A stretch of DNA of 64,000 nt, from the NCBI GenBank assembly GCA_044868005.1, contig JBIOVX010000147.1:28036-92035 (forward strand), read 5' to 3'. This stretch comes from Thermoanaerobaculia bacterium. GTDB taxonomy: Bacteria; Acidobacteriota; Thermoanaerobaculia; Multivoradales; UBA5704. Each line of letters opens with the position of its first letter. Within the stretch, counting starts at the first letter, position 1. The translations under genes and the position numbers were made by a program. The notes under the pieces are model-generated. The model searched no databases. It was not told the DNA's origin and saw nothing but the letters and a program-made list of their open reading frames with translations. Of the stretch, positions 38,955-47,741 are shown piece after piece.

Positions 38955-40538
38955 GTGGACCTCGCGGCGGCGCGGCTCCTCGCGCCCCTGCCCGCCGCCT
39001 GGCTCGCCGGCCGCGACCTCGATCTGCTGGCGCCGCTGCGCTTCCTGCCGCCCGGCGGCCTGCCGTCCCTCGCCGCTCCGGCGGCCGCCAGCCGCCGCGA
39101 GCTCGCCCAGGCGCTCGCCGTCGCCAATCGGGCCTACGGCAACGAGAACGCCGACCGTCTCGCGCAGCGCTTCGCGGATCCGGCGGCGCGCGTCGTGGTC
39201 ACCGGCCAGCAGCCCGGGCTCCTCGGCGGCCCGCTCTACTGCCTGGCCAAGATGATCGCGGTTGGGCGTTGGGCCGAGGCGCTGGAGGCGGCGGGCGAGC
39301 CGGCGGTGGCCGTCTTCTGGGTGGCGACCGAGGACCACGACTGGGCCGAGGCGACGCAGACGGCGGTGCTGGCGTCCGACGGTCCGCGCGCCTTCGACCT
39401 CGGGCCCGATCCCCAGCCGCTGGCGCCGCTCGGCGTGCGCACCCTGGGGCCGACGGTCGAGGACGTGCTGCGCGGCATCGCCGCGGCCCTGCCCGGAGAT
39501 TTCTACGCCGAGTGGCTGGGCACCATAGCCCGCTGGTACCGGCCGGACGCGCGCTTCGGCGAGGCGTTCTGCCGCCTCATGGCCCACCTGCTCGGCCCCC
39601 GCTGCCCGCTGCTGCTCGACGCCATGGACCCGGCACTCAAGGCGGCGCAGCGGCCATGGCTGCGGCGGCTCGTCGAGCGCCGGCGCGAGCTGGAGGAAAC
39701 GCTCGCCCGCCGCGACGCCGAGATCGAGGCGCGAGGCCATCCCCTCCAGGTGAGCCCGCAGCGCGGCGCGAGCCCGCTCTTCCTGCTGCGCGGCGGCGAG
39801 CGGCGGCGCATCGAGTGGCGCGGCGAGGAAGGCTTCGCGCTGCGCGGCGGCGAAGGAGAGGCGGAGACGATCGCCGGCCTACTGCAGATCGTGGAGGAGA
39901 ACCCCGCCGTCGTCTCGCCGGGCGTGCTCGCCCGCCCGGCGGTGCAGGACGCGGTGCTCGGCACCTCTCTCCAGGTGCTGGGCCCAGGCGAGCTCTCCTA
40001 CATGGCGCAGGCCGCCGCCACTCATGAGGTGCTGGAAGTGGAGGCGCCCTGGGTGACCCTGCGGCCGCAGACGCTCGTCCTCGAAGCCAAGCAGATCGAG
40101 AAGCTGGAGGATCTGGGAATCCCTCTCGCCACCCTGCTGGGCGATCCGGCGGCAGTCGACCGCTGGCTCGCCGAGCGGGTCGGCGGCGACCTGGTGGGAC
40201 CGGCGCGCCGCCGCGTCGAGGAGGCGCTGGCGGCGCTGCGCGAGCCGGCCCTCGCCGCCGACGCCAATCTGGAGCGGCCGTTCGAGAAGACGCGCGAGCA
40301 GATCCTGCGCGCCCTCGACCTCTTCGGCGAGAAGGCGGTGGCCGCCGCCGCCCGCCGCAACGAGGTGGAGGGCCGCCGCGTGCAGCAGCTCCGCGAGACC
40401 TGCCAGCCGCTCGGCAAGCCCCAGGAGCGCATCGTCTCCTCGGCGCATTTCCCGGGAAAGTACGGCCGGGAATTCGTAGAGAGGTATTGGGAGCAGATGG
40501 AGCTCGACGGCGCGCGCCTGCAGGTGATCGTGCCATGA
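38955..40538 (+). CDS. bshC: bacillithiol biosynthesis cysteine-adding enzyme BshC
   Basis: VVTGQQPGLLGGPLYCLAKMI signature. Length about 530 aa. Start set at GTG 38955, just after the methyltransferase stop (tracked 38904 start overlaps it). Confidence 0.85.
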   Translation: MDLAAARLLAPLPAAWLAGRDLDLLAPLRFLPPGGLPSLAAPAAASRRELAQALAVANRAYGNENADRLAQRFADPAARVVVTGQQPGLLGGPLYCLAKMIAVGRWAEALEAAGEPAVAVFWVATEDHDWAEATQTAVLASDGPRAFDLGPDPQPLAPLGVRTLGPTVEDVLRGIAAALPGDFYAEWLGTIARWYRPDARFGEAFCRLMAHLLGPRCPLLLDAMDPALKAAQRPWLRRLVERRRELEETLARRDAEIEARGHPLQVSPQRGASPLFLLRGGERRRIEWRGEEGFALRGGEGEAETIAGLLQIVEENPAVVSPGVLARPAVQDAVLGTSLQVLGPGELSYMAQAAATHEVLEVEAPWVTLRPQTLVLEAKQIEKLEDLGIPLATLLGDPAAVDRWLAERVGGDLVGPARRRVEEALAALREPALAADANLERPFEKTREQILRALDLFGEKAVAAAARRNEVEGRRVQQLRETCQPLGKPQERIVSSAHFPGKYGREFVERYWEQMELDGARLQVIVP

Positions 40539-40548
40539 GGGAACGACT

Positions 40549-41277
40549 ATGAAGCTCGACGTGCTCGCGATCGGCGCCCACCCGGACGATGTGGAGCTGG
40601 GGTGCGGCGGAGCCCTGGCGTTGCTGGCGCGCGGCGGGCGGAAGGTGGGCATCCTGCACCTGACCCGCGGCGAGCGCGGTACCCGCGGCACGGAGGAGGA
40701 GCGGCGGGCGGAGGCCGAGCAGGCGGCCGAGGCACTGGGCGCCGCGGCGCTCGACTTCCTCGATTGCGGCGACGGCGGCCTGCGCAGCGGCGAGGCCGAA
40801 GAGGACGCGCTGATCGCCGTCCTCCGCCGCTGGCGGCCCGAGCTCGTCCTGGGACCGACGCCGCACGACCGCCATCCCGATCACAAGCGCTCCCACCAGC
40901 TCGTCGAGGCGGCCTGCTTCTACGCCGGCCTGGCAAACCGCGCCCGCGAGTCCGGCCCGCCACACCGGCCCGCGGCCGTCTTCTCCTACATGCAGCACGA
41001 TCTCTTCCCGCCGAGCTTCATCGTCGACGTGACGGCCGCCTGGGAGGCCAAGCGGGAGTCTTTGCGCGCCTATCGCAGCCAGCTCTATCAGCCGGACCAG
41101 AAAGAGGACGGCAATCCGTTCACCAAGATCTCGACGCCGGAGTTCTGGCACGCCGTCGAGGGCCGCGCCCGGCACTTCGGCCTGCTCGTCGGCGCCACGT
41201 ACGGCGAGCCGTTCTGGAGCCGGCAGCCGCTGGCCGTGGCGGACCCCATGGCCATCCTGCCCGGAGGTGTGCGTTGA
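40549..41277 (+). CDS. bshB1: N-acetylglucosaminyl-malate deacetylase BshB1 (LmbE family)
   Basis: VLAIGAHPDDVELGCGG … HPDH LmbE motifs. GAGGGA SD. Confidence 0.85.
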   Translation: MKLDVLAIGAHPDDVELGCGGALALLARGGRKVGILHLTRGERGTRGTEEERRAEAEQAAEALGAAALDFLDCGDGGLRSGEAEEDALIAVLRRWRPELVLGPTPHDRHPDHKRSHQLVEAACFYAGLANRARESGPPHRPAAVFSYMQHDLFPPSFIVDVTAAWEAKRESLRAYRSQLYQPDQKEDGNPFTKISTPEFWHAVEGRARHFGLLVGATYGEPFWSRQPLAVADPMAILPGGVR

Positions 41278-42401
41278 GGATCGGCATCAGTTGTTACCCG
41301 ACTTACGGCGGTTCCGGCATCGTCGCCACCGAGCTCGCCATGGCGCTCGCCGAAGGCGGCGACGAGGTGCACGTCATCAGCTATGCGCTGCCCTCGCGGC
41401 TCTCCTTCCTCAACGCGCGGACCTTCTTCCACGAGGTGGTCACTCCCACCTATCCGCTGTTCGACAACTATCCTCCTTATTCGCTGGCCCTCTCCACCAA
41501 GATGGTCGAGGTGGCCCGCCATGCGCCGCTCGACGTGCTGCACGTCCATTACGCCATTCCGAACGCCGTCTCGGCGGTGATGGCCCGCGAGATCGTGGCG
41601 CCGCAGCCGCTGCCGATCGTCACCACCCTCCACGGCACCGACGTCACCCTGGTGGGCAACGATCCCAACTACCTCGAGACCACGCGCTGGGGCATCCTGC
41701 AGAGCAATGCCGTGACCGCTGTCTCCGAATCGCTGCGGCGCACCACCGTCGAGCAGCTCGGCATCTCCAACCAGATCGACGTGGTGCCCAACTTCATCGA
41801 TCCGGCGCGTTACGAGCAGGCCCGGAACGGACCGGGAGCGCGCCGTTGGGGCAAGCCCGGGGAGCACCTGCTGGTCCACATTTCGAACTTCCGGCCGGTC
41901 AAGCGGGTGATGGACGTCGTCGGCGTCTTCGAGCGGGTGATGCGCAAAGTCCCCAGCCGCCTGGTGCTGGTGGGCGACGGCCCGGACCGCGGCAAGGTCG
42001 AGCAATACTGCCGCGAGAACCGCATCTGCGGCTCCATCAGCTTCATCGGCAGCCTGCCCTTGATCGAGGAGGTGCTGGTGGGAGCGGACCTCTTCCTGCT
42101 CCCCTCGGAGAGCGAATCGTTCGGCCTCGCCGCCCTGGAGGCCATGAGCTGCGAGGTGCCGGTGATCGCAACGGACGCCGGCGGCCTGCCGGAAGTAGTG
42201 GTGCACGGCGAGACCGGCTTCCTCTGCCCGGTGGGAGACGTGGACGCCATGGCGGCGGCGGCGCTGCGGCTGCTCTCCGACGAGGACCTGCGGCGGCGGT
42301 TCGGCGCCGCGAGCCGGCGGCGGGCGGTCGAGCAGTTCAGCCAGAAGGCGATCGTCCAGCGCTACCGCGCCATCTACGAGCGGGTGACCGGCCTGCCCTG
42401 A
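41274..42401 (+). CDS. bshA: N-acetyl-alpha-D-glucosaminyl L-malate synthase BshA (GT4)
   Basis: TTG 41274 overlaps the bshB1 stop (TTGA) and has a GGAGG SD. RIGISCYPTYGGSGIVATELA… and ESESFGLAALEAMSCEVPVIAT. Confidence 0.85.
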   Translation: MRIGISCYPTYGGSGIVATELAMALAEGGDEVHVISYALPSRLSFLNARTFFHEVVTPTYPLFDNYPPYSLALSTKMVEVARHAPLDVLHVHYAIPNAVSAVMAREIVAPQPLPIVTTLHGTDVTLVGNDPNYLETTRWGILQSNAVTAVSESLRRTTVEQLGISNQIDVVPNFIDPARYEQARNGPGARRWGKPGEHLLVHISNFRPVKRVMDVVGVFERVMRKVPSRLVLVGDGPDRGKVEQYCRENRICGSISFIGSLPLIEEVLVGADLFLLPSESESFGLAALEAMSCEVPVIATDAGGLPEVVVHGETGFLCPVGDVDAMAAAALRLLSDEDLRRRFGAASRRRAVEQFSQKAIVQRYRAIYERVTGLP

Positions 42402-42408
42402 GCTCGGC

Positions 42409-42990
42409 GTGGCCTCCTATCCCGCTCCCGCCGGGGAGTCCCGCGCCGAGATCCGCGAGAAAGGCTCGCGCTTCCTGGCGGTGATCGGGCCGGCAGCGGA
42501 CGAAGCGGCGGCAAAGGCCGTCCTCTCCTCTCTGCAAAGGGAGTTTGCGGACGCCACCCATCACTGCTGGGCCTGGCGGCTGGGCTCGCCGCCGCGCGAG
42601 CGCAGCTCCGACGCCGGAGAGCCGGCGGGCACCGCCGGCGTGCCGATCCTGCAGGTGCTCCGCGGCGCCGGCTTGTCGGACGCGCTGGCGGTGGTGGTGC
42701 GCTGGTTCGGCGGCGTCAAGCTGGGCAAGGGCGGCCTCGCCCGCGCCTACGCGGCGGCGGCGCGCGAGGCCCTCCAGGGGCTGCCGGTGGCCGTGCGGGT
42801 GCCTAGGGCGCGGCTCGCCGTCGAGGTCCCTTACGAGAAGGTGGGCGCCGTCAAGCGCCTGCTGCGGCCGCCGGAGATCGAGCTGGAGAGCGAGGAGTAC
42901 GGCGCCGCCGCCCGCCTCGTGCTCGCCGTTCACGAGGAGCGGCTGGCGGCGTTGCGCGAGGCGCTGGCAGATCTTGGCGTCGTTGTATAG
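42409..42990 (+). CDS. yigZ: YigZ/IMPACT family protein
   Basis: …IREKGSRFLAV…ATHHCWAWRLG…EPAGTAGVPIL…. Confidence 0.85.
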   Translation: MASYPAPAGESRAEIREKGSRFLAVIGPAADEAAAKAVLSSLQREFADATHHCWAWRLGSPPRERSSDAGEPAGTAGVPILQVLRGAGLSDALAVVVRWFGGVKLGKGGLARAYAAAAREALQGLPVAVRVPRARLAVEVPYEKVGAVKRLLRPPEIELESEEYGAAARLVLAVHEERLAALREALADLGVVV

Positions 42991-43042
42991 ACTCGCGTGC
43001 AAGCTAGCCCCATGGATGATTCCCTGAAAGGAGAGGTCCGCG

Positions 43043-43432
43043 ATGAGTGAACCGAACGTTCCGCCGCCGCCGTCCTACACGCCGCCGCCTCCGCCCGCCG
43101 GGACCCCGCCGCCGCCGGGAGCGGCGAGCCCGAACCGGGGCTTGATGCTCGTCCTCGCCTATCTCGGCGTCCTGGCGGTGATCCCGCTGGTGGTCGAAAA
43201 GAACGATCCCGAGGTGCAGTGGCACGCCAAGCACGGCCTGGTGCTGCTCGTCTGCGAGATCATCCTCGGCATTGTCATCGGCATCATCACCCACTTCGTG
43301 CCGTTCGCCGGCTGCGTCCTGTGGCTCATCTGGCCCCTCATCTTCATCTTCCACATCTTCCTCATCGTCAAGGCGGTCAACGGCCAGCGGATCCTGATTC
43401 CTGGCATCAGCGAGTACGCAGACCGCTTCTAG
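43043..43432 (+). CDS. small membrane protein with Pro-rich N-terminus (DUF4870-like)
   Basis: AAAGGAGAGG SD. Three TM helices. …EKNDPEVQWHAKHGLVL… motif. Confidence 0.75.
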   Translation: MSEPNVPPPPSYTPPPPPAGTPPPPGAASPNRGLMLVLAYLGVLAVIPLVVEKNDPEVQWHAKHGLVLLVCEIILGIVIGIITHFVPFAGCVLWLIWPLIFIFHIFLIVKAVNGQRILIPGISEYADRF

Positions 43433-43461
43433 GCAACTCACGAGGGCGGAGGGACAGGCAG

Positions 43462-43755
43462 ATGAGCGTTGCGAATGCTGGACAACCGCAGTCGGCGAGC
43501 ACCCAGGCGATCATGTCGCTCGTCCTGGGTATTCTCAGTCTCGTTTGCTGTCCGCTCCTGGCGCCGATCGCCTGGTACATCGGTAGCCAGGAACAGAAAG
43601 CGATCCGCGAGGGACGCGCTCCCGCCGCGGGCGAGGGGATCGCGAAAGCCGGATTGATCCTGGGCATCATCGGCACCATCTGGATGGTCCTGGTCGTGCT
43701 CTGGATCTTCCTCTGGGGCGGCATGGCGGTGGTCTCCACCATGATGAACCGCTAA
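43462..43755 (+). CDS. small membrane protein (DUF4190-like)
   Basis: …AIMSLVLGILSLVCCPLLAPIAWYIGSQE… two-TM pattern. Confidence 0.75.
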   Translation: MSVANAGQPQSASTQAIMSLVLGILSLVCCPLLAPIAWYIGSQEQKAIREGRAPAAGEGIAKAGLILGIIGTIWMVLVVLWIFLWGGMAVVSTMMNR

Positions 43756-43760
43756 CAGGC

Positions 43761-44153
43761 ATGGCGAGCCCGGCCGCGCGGCTCTGGCTTCTCGCGGGGC
43801 TCGCCGGAGCCGCCGGGCTCGCCATCCTTCACGTCTGGATGCCGTCGGGGGATCCCGCGAGCGCGATCTGCCTCAGCCGGCGGCTCCTGCATCTTCCTTG
43901 TCCCGGGTGCGGCATGACCCGCGCCTTCGCGCATCTGGCCAAAGGTGAATGGGCCGCCGCCTTGCGCGATCACCCCCTGGCGCCGGCGGTGGCCTTGCAG
44001 ATGATTCTCGGGTGGGCTGCCTGGGGTCTGGCGGCTGTGGCGAAGCGGCCCCCGCGTCTGCCGTTCCAGCTCGAATCCCTCCTTCTCGCCAACGTCGCCG
44101 CGCTCGCTGCTCTGTGGCTGGGACGAGTCGCCACGGGCACCCTTCCCTGGTAG
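43761..44153 (+). CDS. DUF2752-like membrane protein
   Basis: CPGCGMTRAF motif after the first TM helix. Confidence 0.75.
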   Translation: MASPAARLWLLAGLAGAAGLAILHVWMPSGDPASAICLSRRLLHLPCPGCGMTRAFAHLAKGEWAAALRDHPLAPAVALQMILGWAAWGLAAVAKRPPRLPFQLESLLLANVAALAALWLGRVATGTLPW

Positions 44154-44170
44154 GGCATTAAGCTCGCGTC

Positions 44171-44491
44171 ATGGAGCAGGTCCGCCGCCGCCGGCTGAAG
44201 GCGTGGATCATCGTCTTCGGGTTGCTCCTCGCGCTGGGCCTCGATCTCGTGCGGGCACCGCGGAACCAGCTCACCGCGCGCTTTCTCGTGGGCTCCATCC
44301 ATCTCTACCAGGCCACCTTGTCGCCCGCCCTCGGGGCGGCGGGTGTGCGCTGCCGCTTCAAGCCGAGCTGTAGCCACTACGCCGAGGGAGCGATCCGCAA
44401 GTACGGCGCCTGGAGGGGGAGCTGGAAGGCCGCATGGCGGGTGCTCCGCTGTGGCCCCTGGACGCCGGTGGGGACGGTAGATTATCCGTAA
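44171..44491 (+). CDS. yidD: membrane protein insertion efficiency factor YidD
   Basis: …YQATLSP…CRFKPSCSHYAEGAIRKYG…RCGPW…. Confidence 0.85.
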   Translation: MEQVRRRRLKAWIIVFGLLLALGLDLVRAPRNQLTARFLVGSIHLYQATLSPALGAAGVRCRFKPSCSHYAEGAIRKYGAWRGSWKAAWRVLRCGPWTPVGTVDYP

Positions 44492-44538
44492 GGAAGTGCG
44501 ATGCCCGCTCCATCGGCTTTCTTTGCTACATTGGCTCC

Positions 44539-45609
44539 ATGCAGCCCTCCGACCAGACCGATCTGTTCCTCTCCCTCACGCCCGAGAAGGTGCTGGCGGC
44601 GGTCGAGGCGGGCGGCCTCGCGTGCAATCCCGTCTGCTATCCCTTGAACTCCTTCGAGAACCGCGTCTACGAGGTGGAGCTGGCGGACCGCTCCCGCGTG
44701 GTGGCCAAGTTCTACCGGCCGGCGCGGTGGAGCGAGGAGCAGATCCTCGAAGAGCATCAGTTCCTGGAGGACCTCGCCGCCGAGGAGTTGCCCATCTGCA
44801 CCATGCGCCCGTTCCCGGGGGGCGGCACCCTGCGGCGCATCGACGGCATCTTCTACTGCCTCTCGGACCGGCGCGGCGGCCGTGCGCCCGACGAGCTCGA
44901 CGAGGCCACGGCGCGCCGGCTCGGCATGCTGGTCGGGCGCCTGCACAACGTCGGCGCGCGGCGCGAGGCCCGGCATCGGGTGCGGCTGACGGCCGACACC
45001 TACATCCGGGAGGACCTCGACTGGCTGGAGGCGCACGAGGTGCTGCCGCGCCATCTTCACGACCGTTACTTCGACACGGCCCTCGGCATCGCCGCGCTCG
45101 CCGACCGCCGCATGGAAGGGGTGCCCGTCCACCGTGTGCACGGCGATCTTCACCTGGGCAACATCCTGTTCCGCGACGGCTTGTTGCGCGTGCTGGACTT
45201 CGACGACATGGTGGTGGGCCCGGCCGTGCAGGACCTCTGGCTGGCGCTCCCCGGCCGCGACGCCTACACCCTCGCGTTGCGCGAGCGGTTTCTCGAAGGC
45301 TACCTCCAGTTCCGCGATTTCGACCGCGCGACCCTCGTGCTCATCGAGCCGCTGCGCGGCCTGCGCATCGTCCACTACGCGGCCTGGCTCGCCCGCCGCT
45401 GGCACGATCCGGCCTTTCCGGCCGCCTGGCCGCACTTCGGCACCCTGGAGTACTGGGAGCGGGAGACGCAGGACCTCGAAGAGCAGCTCGCCGTCATCCG
45501 CGGCGAGCTGGCGCCGGAAGACGCCGAGGCCCGTCTCACCGAGGAGGGCGCGGCCGAGGAGGAGCCGACGCTGACGAATAAGGATTACTTCTGGGATTGG
45601 GAGGGGTAA
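44539..45609 (+). CDS. srkA: stress-response Ser/Thr kinase SrkA (YihE/RdoA family)
   Basis: Collinear by eye with E. coli SrkA (…LNSFENRVYEV…KFYRPARWSEEQILEEHQF…HGDLHLGNILF…DFDD…GPAVQDLW…). Confidence 0.9.
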   Translation: MQPSDQTDLFLSLTPEKVLAAVEAGGLACNPVCYPLNSFENRVYEVELADRSRVVAKFYRPARWSEEQILEEHQFLEDLAAEELPICTMRPFPGGGTLRRIDGIFYCLSDRRGGRAPDELDEATARRLGMLVGRLHNVGARREARHRVRLTADTYIREDLDWLEAHEVLPRHLHDRYFDTALGIAALADRRMEGVPVHRVHGDLHLGNILFRDGLLRVLDFDDMVVGPAVQDLWLALPGRDAYTLALRERFLEGYLQFRDFDRATLVLIEPLRGLRIVHYAAWLARRWHDPAFPAAWPHFGTLEYWERETQDLEEQLAVIRGELAPEDAEARLTEEGAAEEEPTLTNKDYFWDWEG

Positions 45610-45684
45610 GGCCTCCTGGGAACGCCGGCGCTCCCAGGGGCGCTGTGCTACCATCCCGCCGCCTTACGGCTCGGCGGAGACGCG

Positions 45685-46662
45685 ATGGAAATCTACGAGA
45701 ACATCCTGCATACCCTGGGGAACACTCCCCTGGTGAAGCTCGGCCGGTTTCACCCCGGGCCGAGCACGCTGGCGGCCAAGATCGAGGCGTTCAATCCCGG
45801 CGGCAGCGTCAAGGACCGCATCGGCATCGCCATGATCGAGGCGGGCGAGAAGGCCGGGCTCTTGAAGCCGGGCGGTACGATCGTCGAGCCCACCTCCGGC
45901 AATACCGGCGTCGGCCTCGCCATGGCGGCCAACCTCCGCGGCTATAAGTTGATCTGCACCGCGGCCGACAAGATCCCCAAGGAGAAGATAGCGCTGCTCG
46001 AGGCCATGGGAGCGGAGGTCATCACCTGCCCGACCAACGTCGAGGCGGACGATCCGCGCTCCTATTACAAGACGGCGGAGCGCATCCGCGACGAGCAGGG
46101 GGCCTACCTTCCTTACCAGTACTACAACCAGGCCAATCCCGAGGCTCACTACCGCACCACCGGCCCCGAGATCTGGCGCCAGACCGACGGCAAGATCACT
46201 CACTGGGTGTGCGGCGTCGGCACCGGCGGCACCATCAGCGGCGCCGCCAAGTTCCTCAAGGAGCAGAACCCGGCCATCCGCGTGGTCGGCGTGGACACGG
46301 TGGGGAGCGTCTACGCCTACTACTTCGAGCACCGCGAGCTGCCCCCGGCGGAGCAGATCCATCAGTACCTGATCGACGGCATCGGCGAGGATTTCATGCC
46401 CTCCACCGTGTGGTGGGACACTATCGACGAGATCGTCACCGTCGACGACAACACCGCCTACAAGGCGACGATGGAGCTGGCGAAGAAGGAATCCGTCTTC
46501 ACCGGCTCCTCCGGAGGCGCGGCGGCGGCGGGCGCCCGCCAGGTGGCCCAGAGGCTGGGCGCGGACGGCCTCGTGGTGACCCTCTTCCCCGACTCCGGCG
46601 AGCGTTACCTCTCCAAGCTCAACAAGACCTGGATGCGGGAGAAGGGTCTGCTGGACGCGTGA
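45685..46662 (+). CDS. PLP-dependent cysteine synthase / cystathionine beta-synthase family enzyme
   Basis: …FNPGGSVKDRIG… (PLP lysine), …TSGNTGVGLA…, …GTGGT…. Confidence 0.9.
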   Translation: MEIYENILHTLGNTPLVKLGRFHPGPSTLAAKIEAFNPGGSVKDRIGIAMIEAGEKAGLLKPGGTIVEPTSGNTGVGLAMAANLRGYKLICTAADKIPKEKIALLEAMGAEVITCPTNVEADDPRSYYKTAERIRDEQGAYLPYQYYNQANPEAHYRTTGPEIWRQTDGKITHWVCGVGTGGTISGAAKFLKEQNPAIRVVGVDTVGSVYAYYFEHRELPPAEQIHQYLIDGIGEDFMPSTVWWDTIDEIVTVDDNTAYKATMELAKKESVFTGSSGGAAAAGARQVAQRLGADGLVVTLFPDSGERYLSKLNKTWMREKGLLDA

Positions 46663-47654
46663 GAGTGTCCCGAGCGCGCGCGTCCGCCATCCTCCTCCTA
46701 TCCCTCTCCCTCGCGAGTTGCCGCAGCGCAGGTGTTCCGGCGCCGAAATCCTCCGCGCCGGCGACCACCCAGGCCGAGGTCAAGGCGGAGCCTCTGCCGC
46801 CTCTCGATCACGCTCCCCTGCTGCGCGGCCGGGCCGCCACGTATCTGACGCCGGAGGATCTGGTGCTGGGAATCGAGATCGGCGGCGACGCACGGGCCTA
46901 CCCGCTGCGCATCCTCGACCGGCACGGCGTGGCCAACGAGACGATCGGCCGCATTCCGGTCGCCTTAACCTGGTGCCGTCCCTGCGGCTCCGCCGCTCTC
47001 TACCAGACCGATACGCCTCGCGGCACGCTGACCCTCGCGTCTTCGGGCTACCGCGAGGGGGACCAGCTCCTCGCCGACCGCGAGACCGGCACCCTGTGGA
47101 GCCAGCTCACCGGCAAGCCGGCCAAGGGCGCGCTGGCGGGCTCCGGCATCGAGCTCCAGCTCCTGCCGGTGGTGCTGACCACCTGGGGGAGGTGGCTGGA
47201 TCTTCACCCGGAGACGCGGGTGCTCTCGCCGGAGACCGGAGATCAACCGGAATCCCCGGACCCCGGCCCGGAGACGTCCTCGATCTATGGACTCGTCGCC
47301 GGAGACGTCGCGAAGGCGTACCCCATCGATCGCCTGGCCCAGGAGAAAGTGGTGAACGACGAGCTGGCCGGGCGGCCGGTGGTGCTCGTCTGGGAGCCCG
47401 GAGCGGACGCGAAAAACCGCACCATCCGTGCCTTCGAGAGAGGAGACCGCACCTTCGCCCCCAACGAGCGCGCGTTCATGGGCCTGATTTTCCTCGTCGA
47501 CCAGGAGGGCCACCCCTGGCGTGTCGGCGAAGAGGCCCTGACCACGCCGGACGGCAAAAGCCTTCCCCGCCTTCCCGGCCGCTTGTCCCTCCGCTCCGGA
47601 TGGCTGGCGGCCCACCCCGCGACGCTGATCTACGGACAGGCAAGCACCCCGTAA
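46659..47654 (+). CDS. DUF3179-like lipoprotein
   Basis: GTG 46659 overlaps the upstream stop (GTGA). Lipobox LSLASC. …ARAYPLRILDRHGVANE…PVALTWCRPCGS…. Confidence 0.75.
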   Translation: MRVSRARASAILLLSLSLASCRSAGVPAPKSSAPATTQAEVKAEPLPPLDHAPLLRGRAATYLTPEDLVLGIEIGGDARAYPLRILDRHGVANETIGRIPVALTWCRPCGSAALYQTDTPRGTLTLASSGYREGDQLLADRETGTLWSQLTGKPAKGALAGSGIELQLLPVVLTTWGRWLDLHPETRVLSPETGDQPESPDPGPETSSIYGLVAGDVAKAYPIDRLAQEKVVNDELAGRPVVLVWEPGADAKNRTIRAFERGDRTFAPNERAFMGLIFLVDQEGHPWRVGEEALTTPDGKSLPRLPGRLSLRSGWLAAHPATLIYGQASTP

Positions 47655-47741
47655 TCCTCAGAACACGATCGTCCACCCTCGGCAAGCCTTTTGCAGTCCA
47701 TTCGCCCACGCCTGCCTCGCTGACTCAAGGCGGCGGTATTG

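Noticed and set aside
45610-45684. Riboswitch or leader upstream of the cysteine-synthase-family gene.
   Set aside because: Only two short generic hairpins are present (CCTGGGA…TCCCAGG, CCGCCG…CGGCGG). There is no match to SAM, glycine or other riboswitch cores that I can recognise. More likely this is the srkA terminator region.
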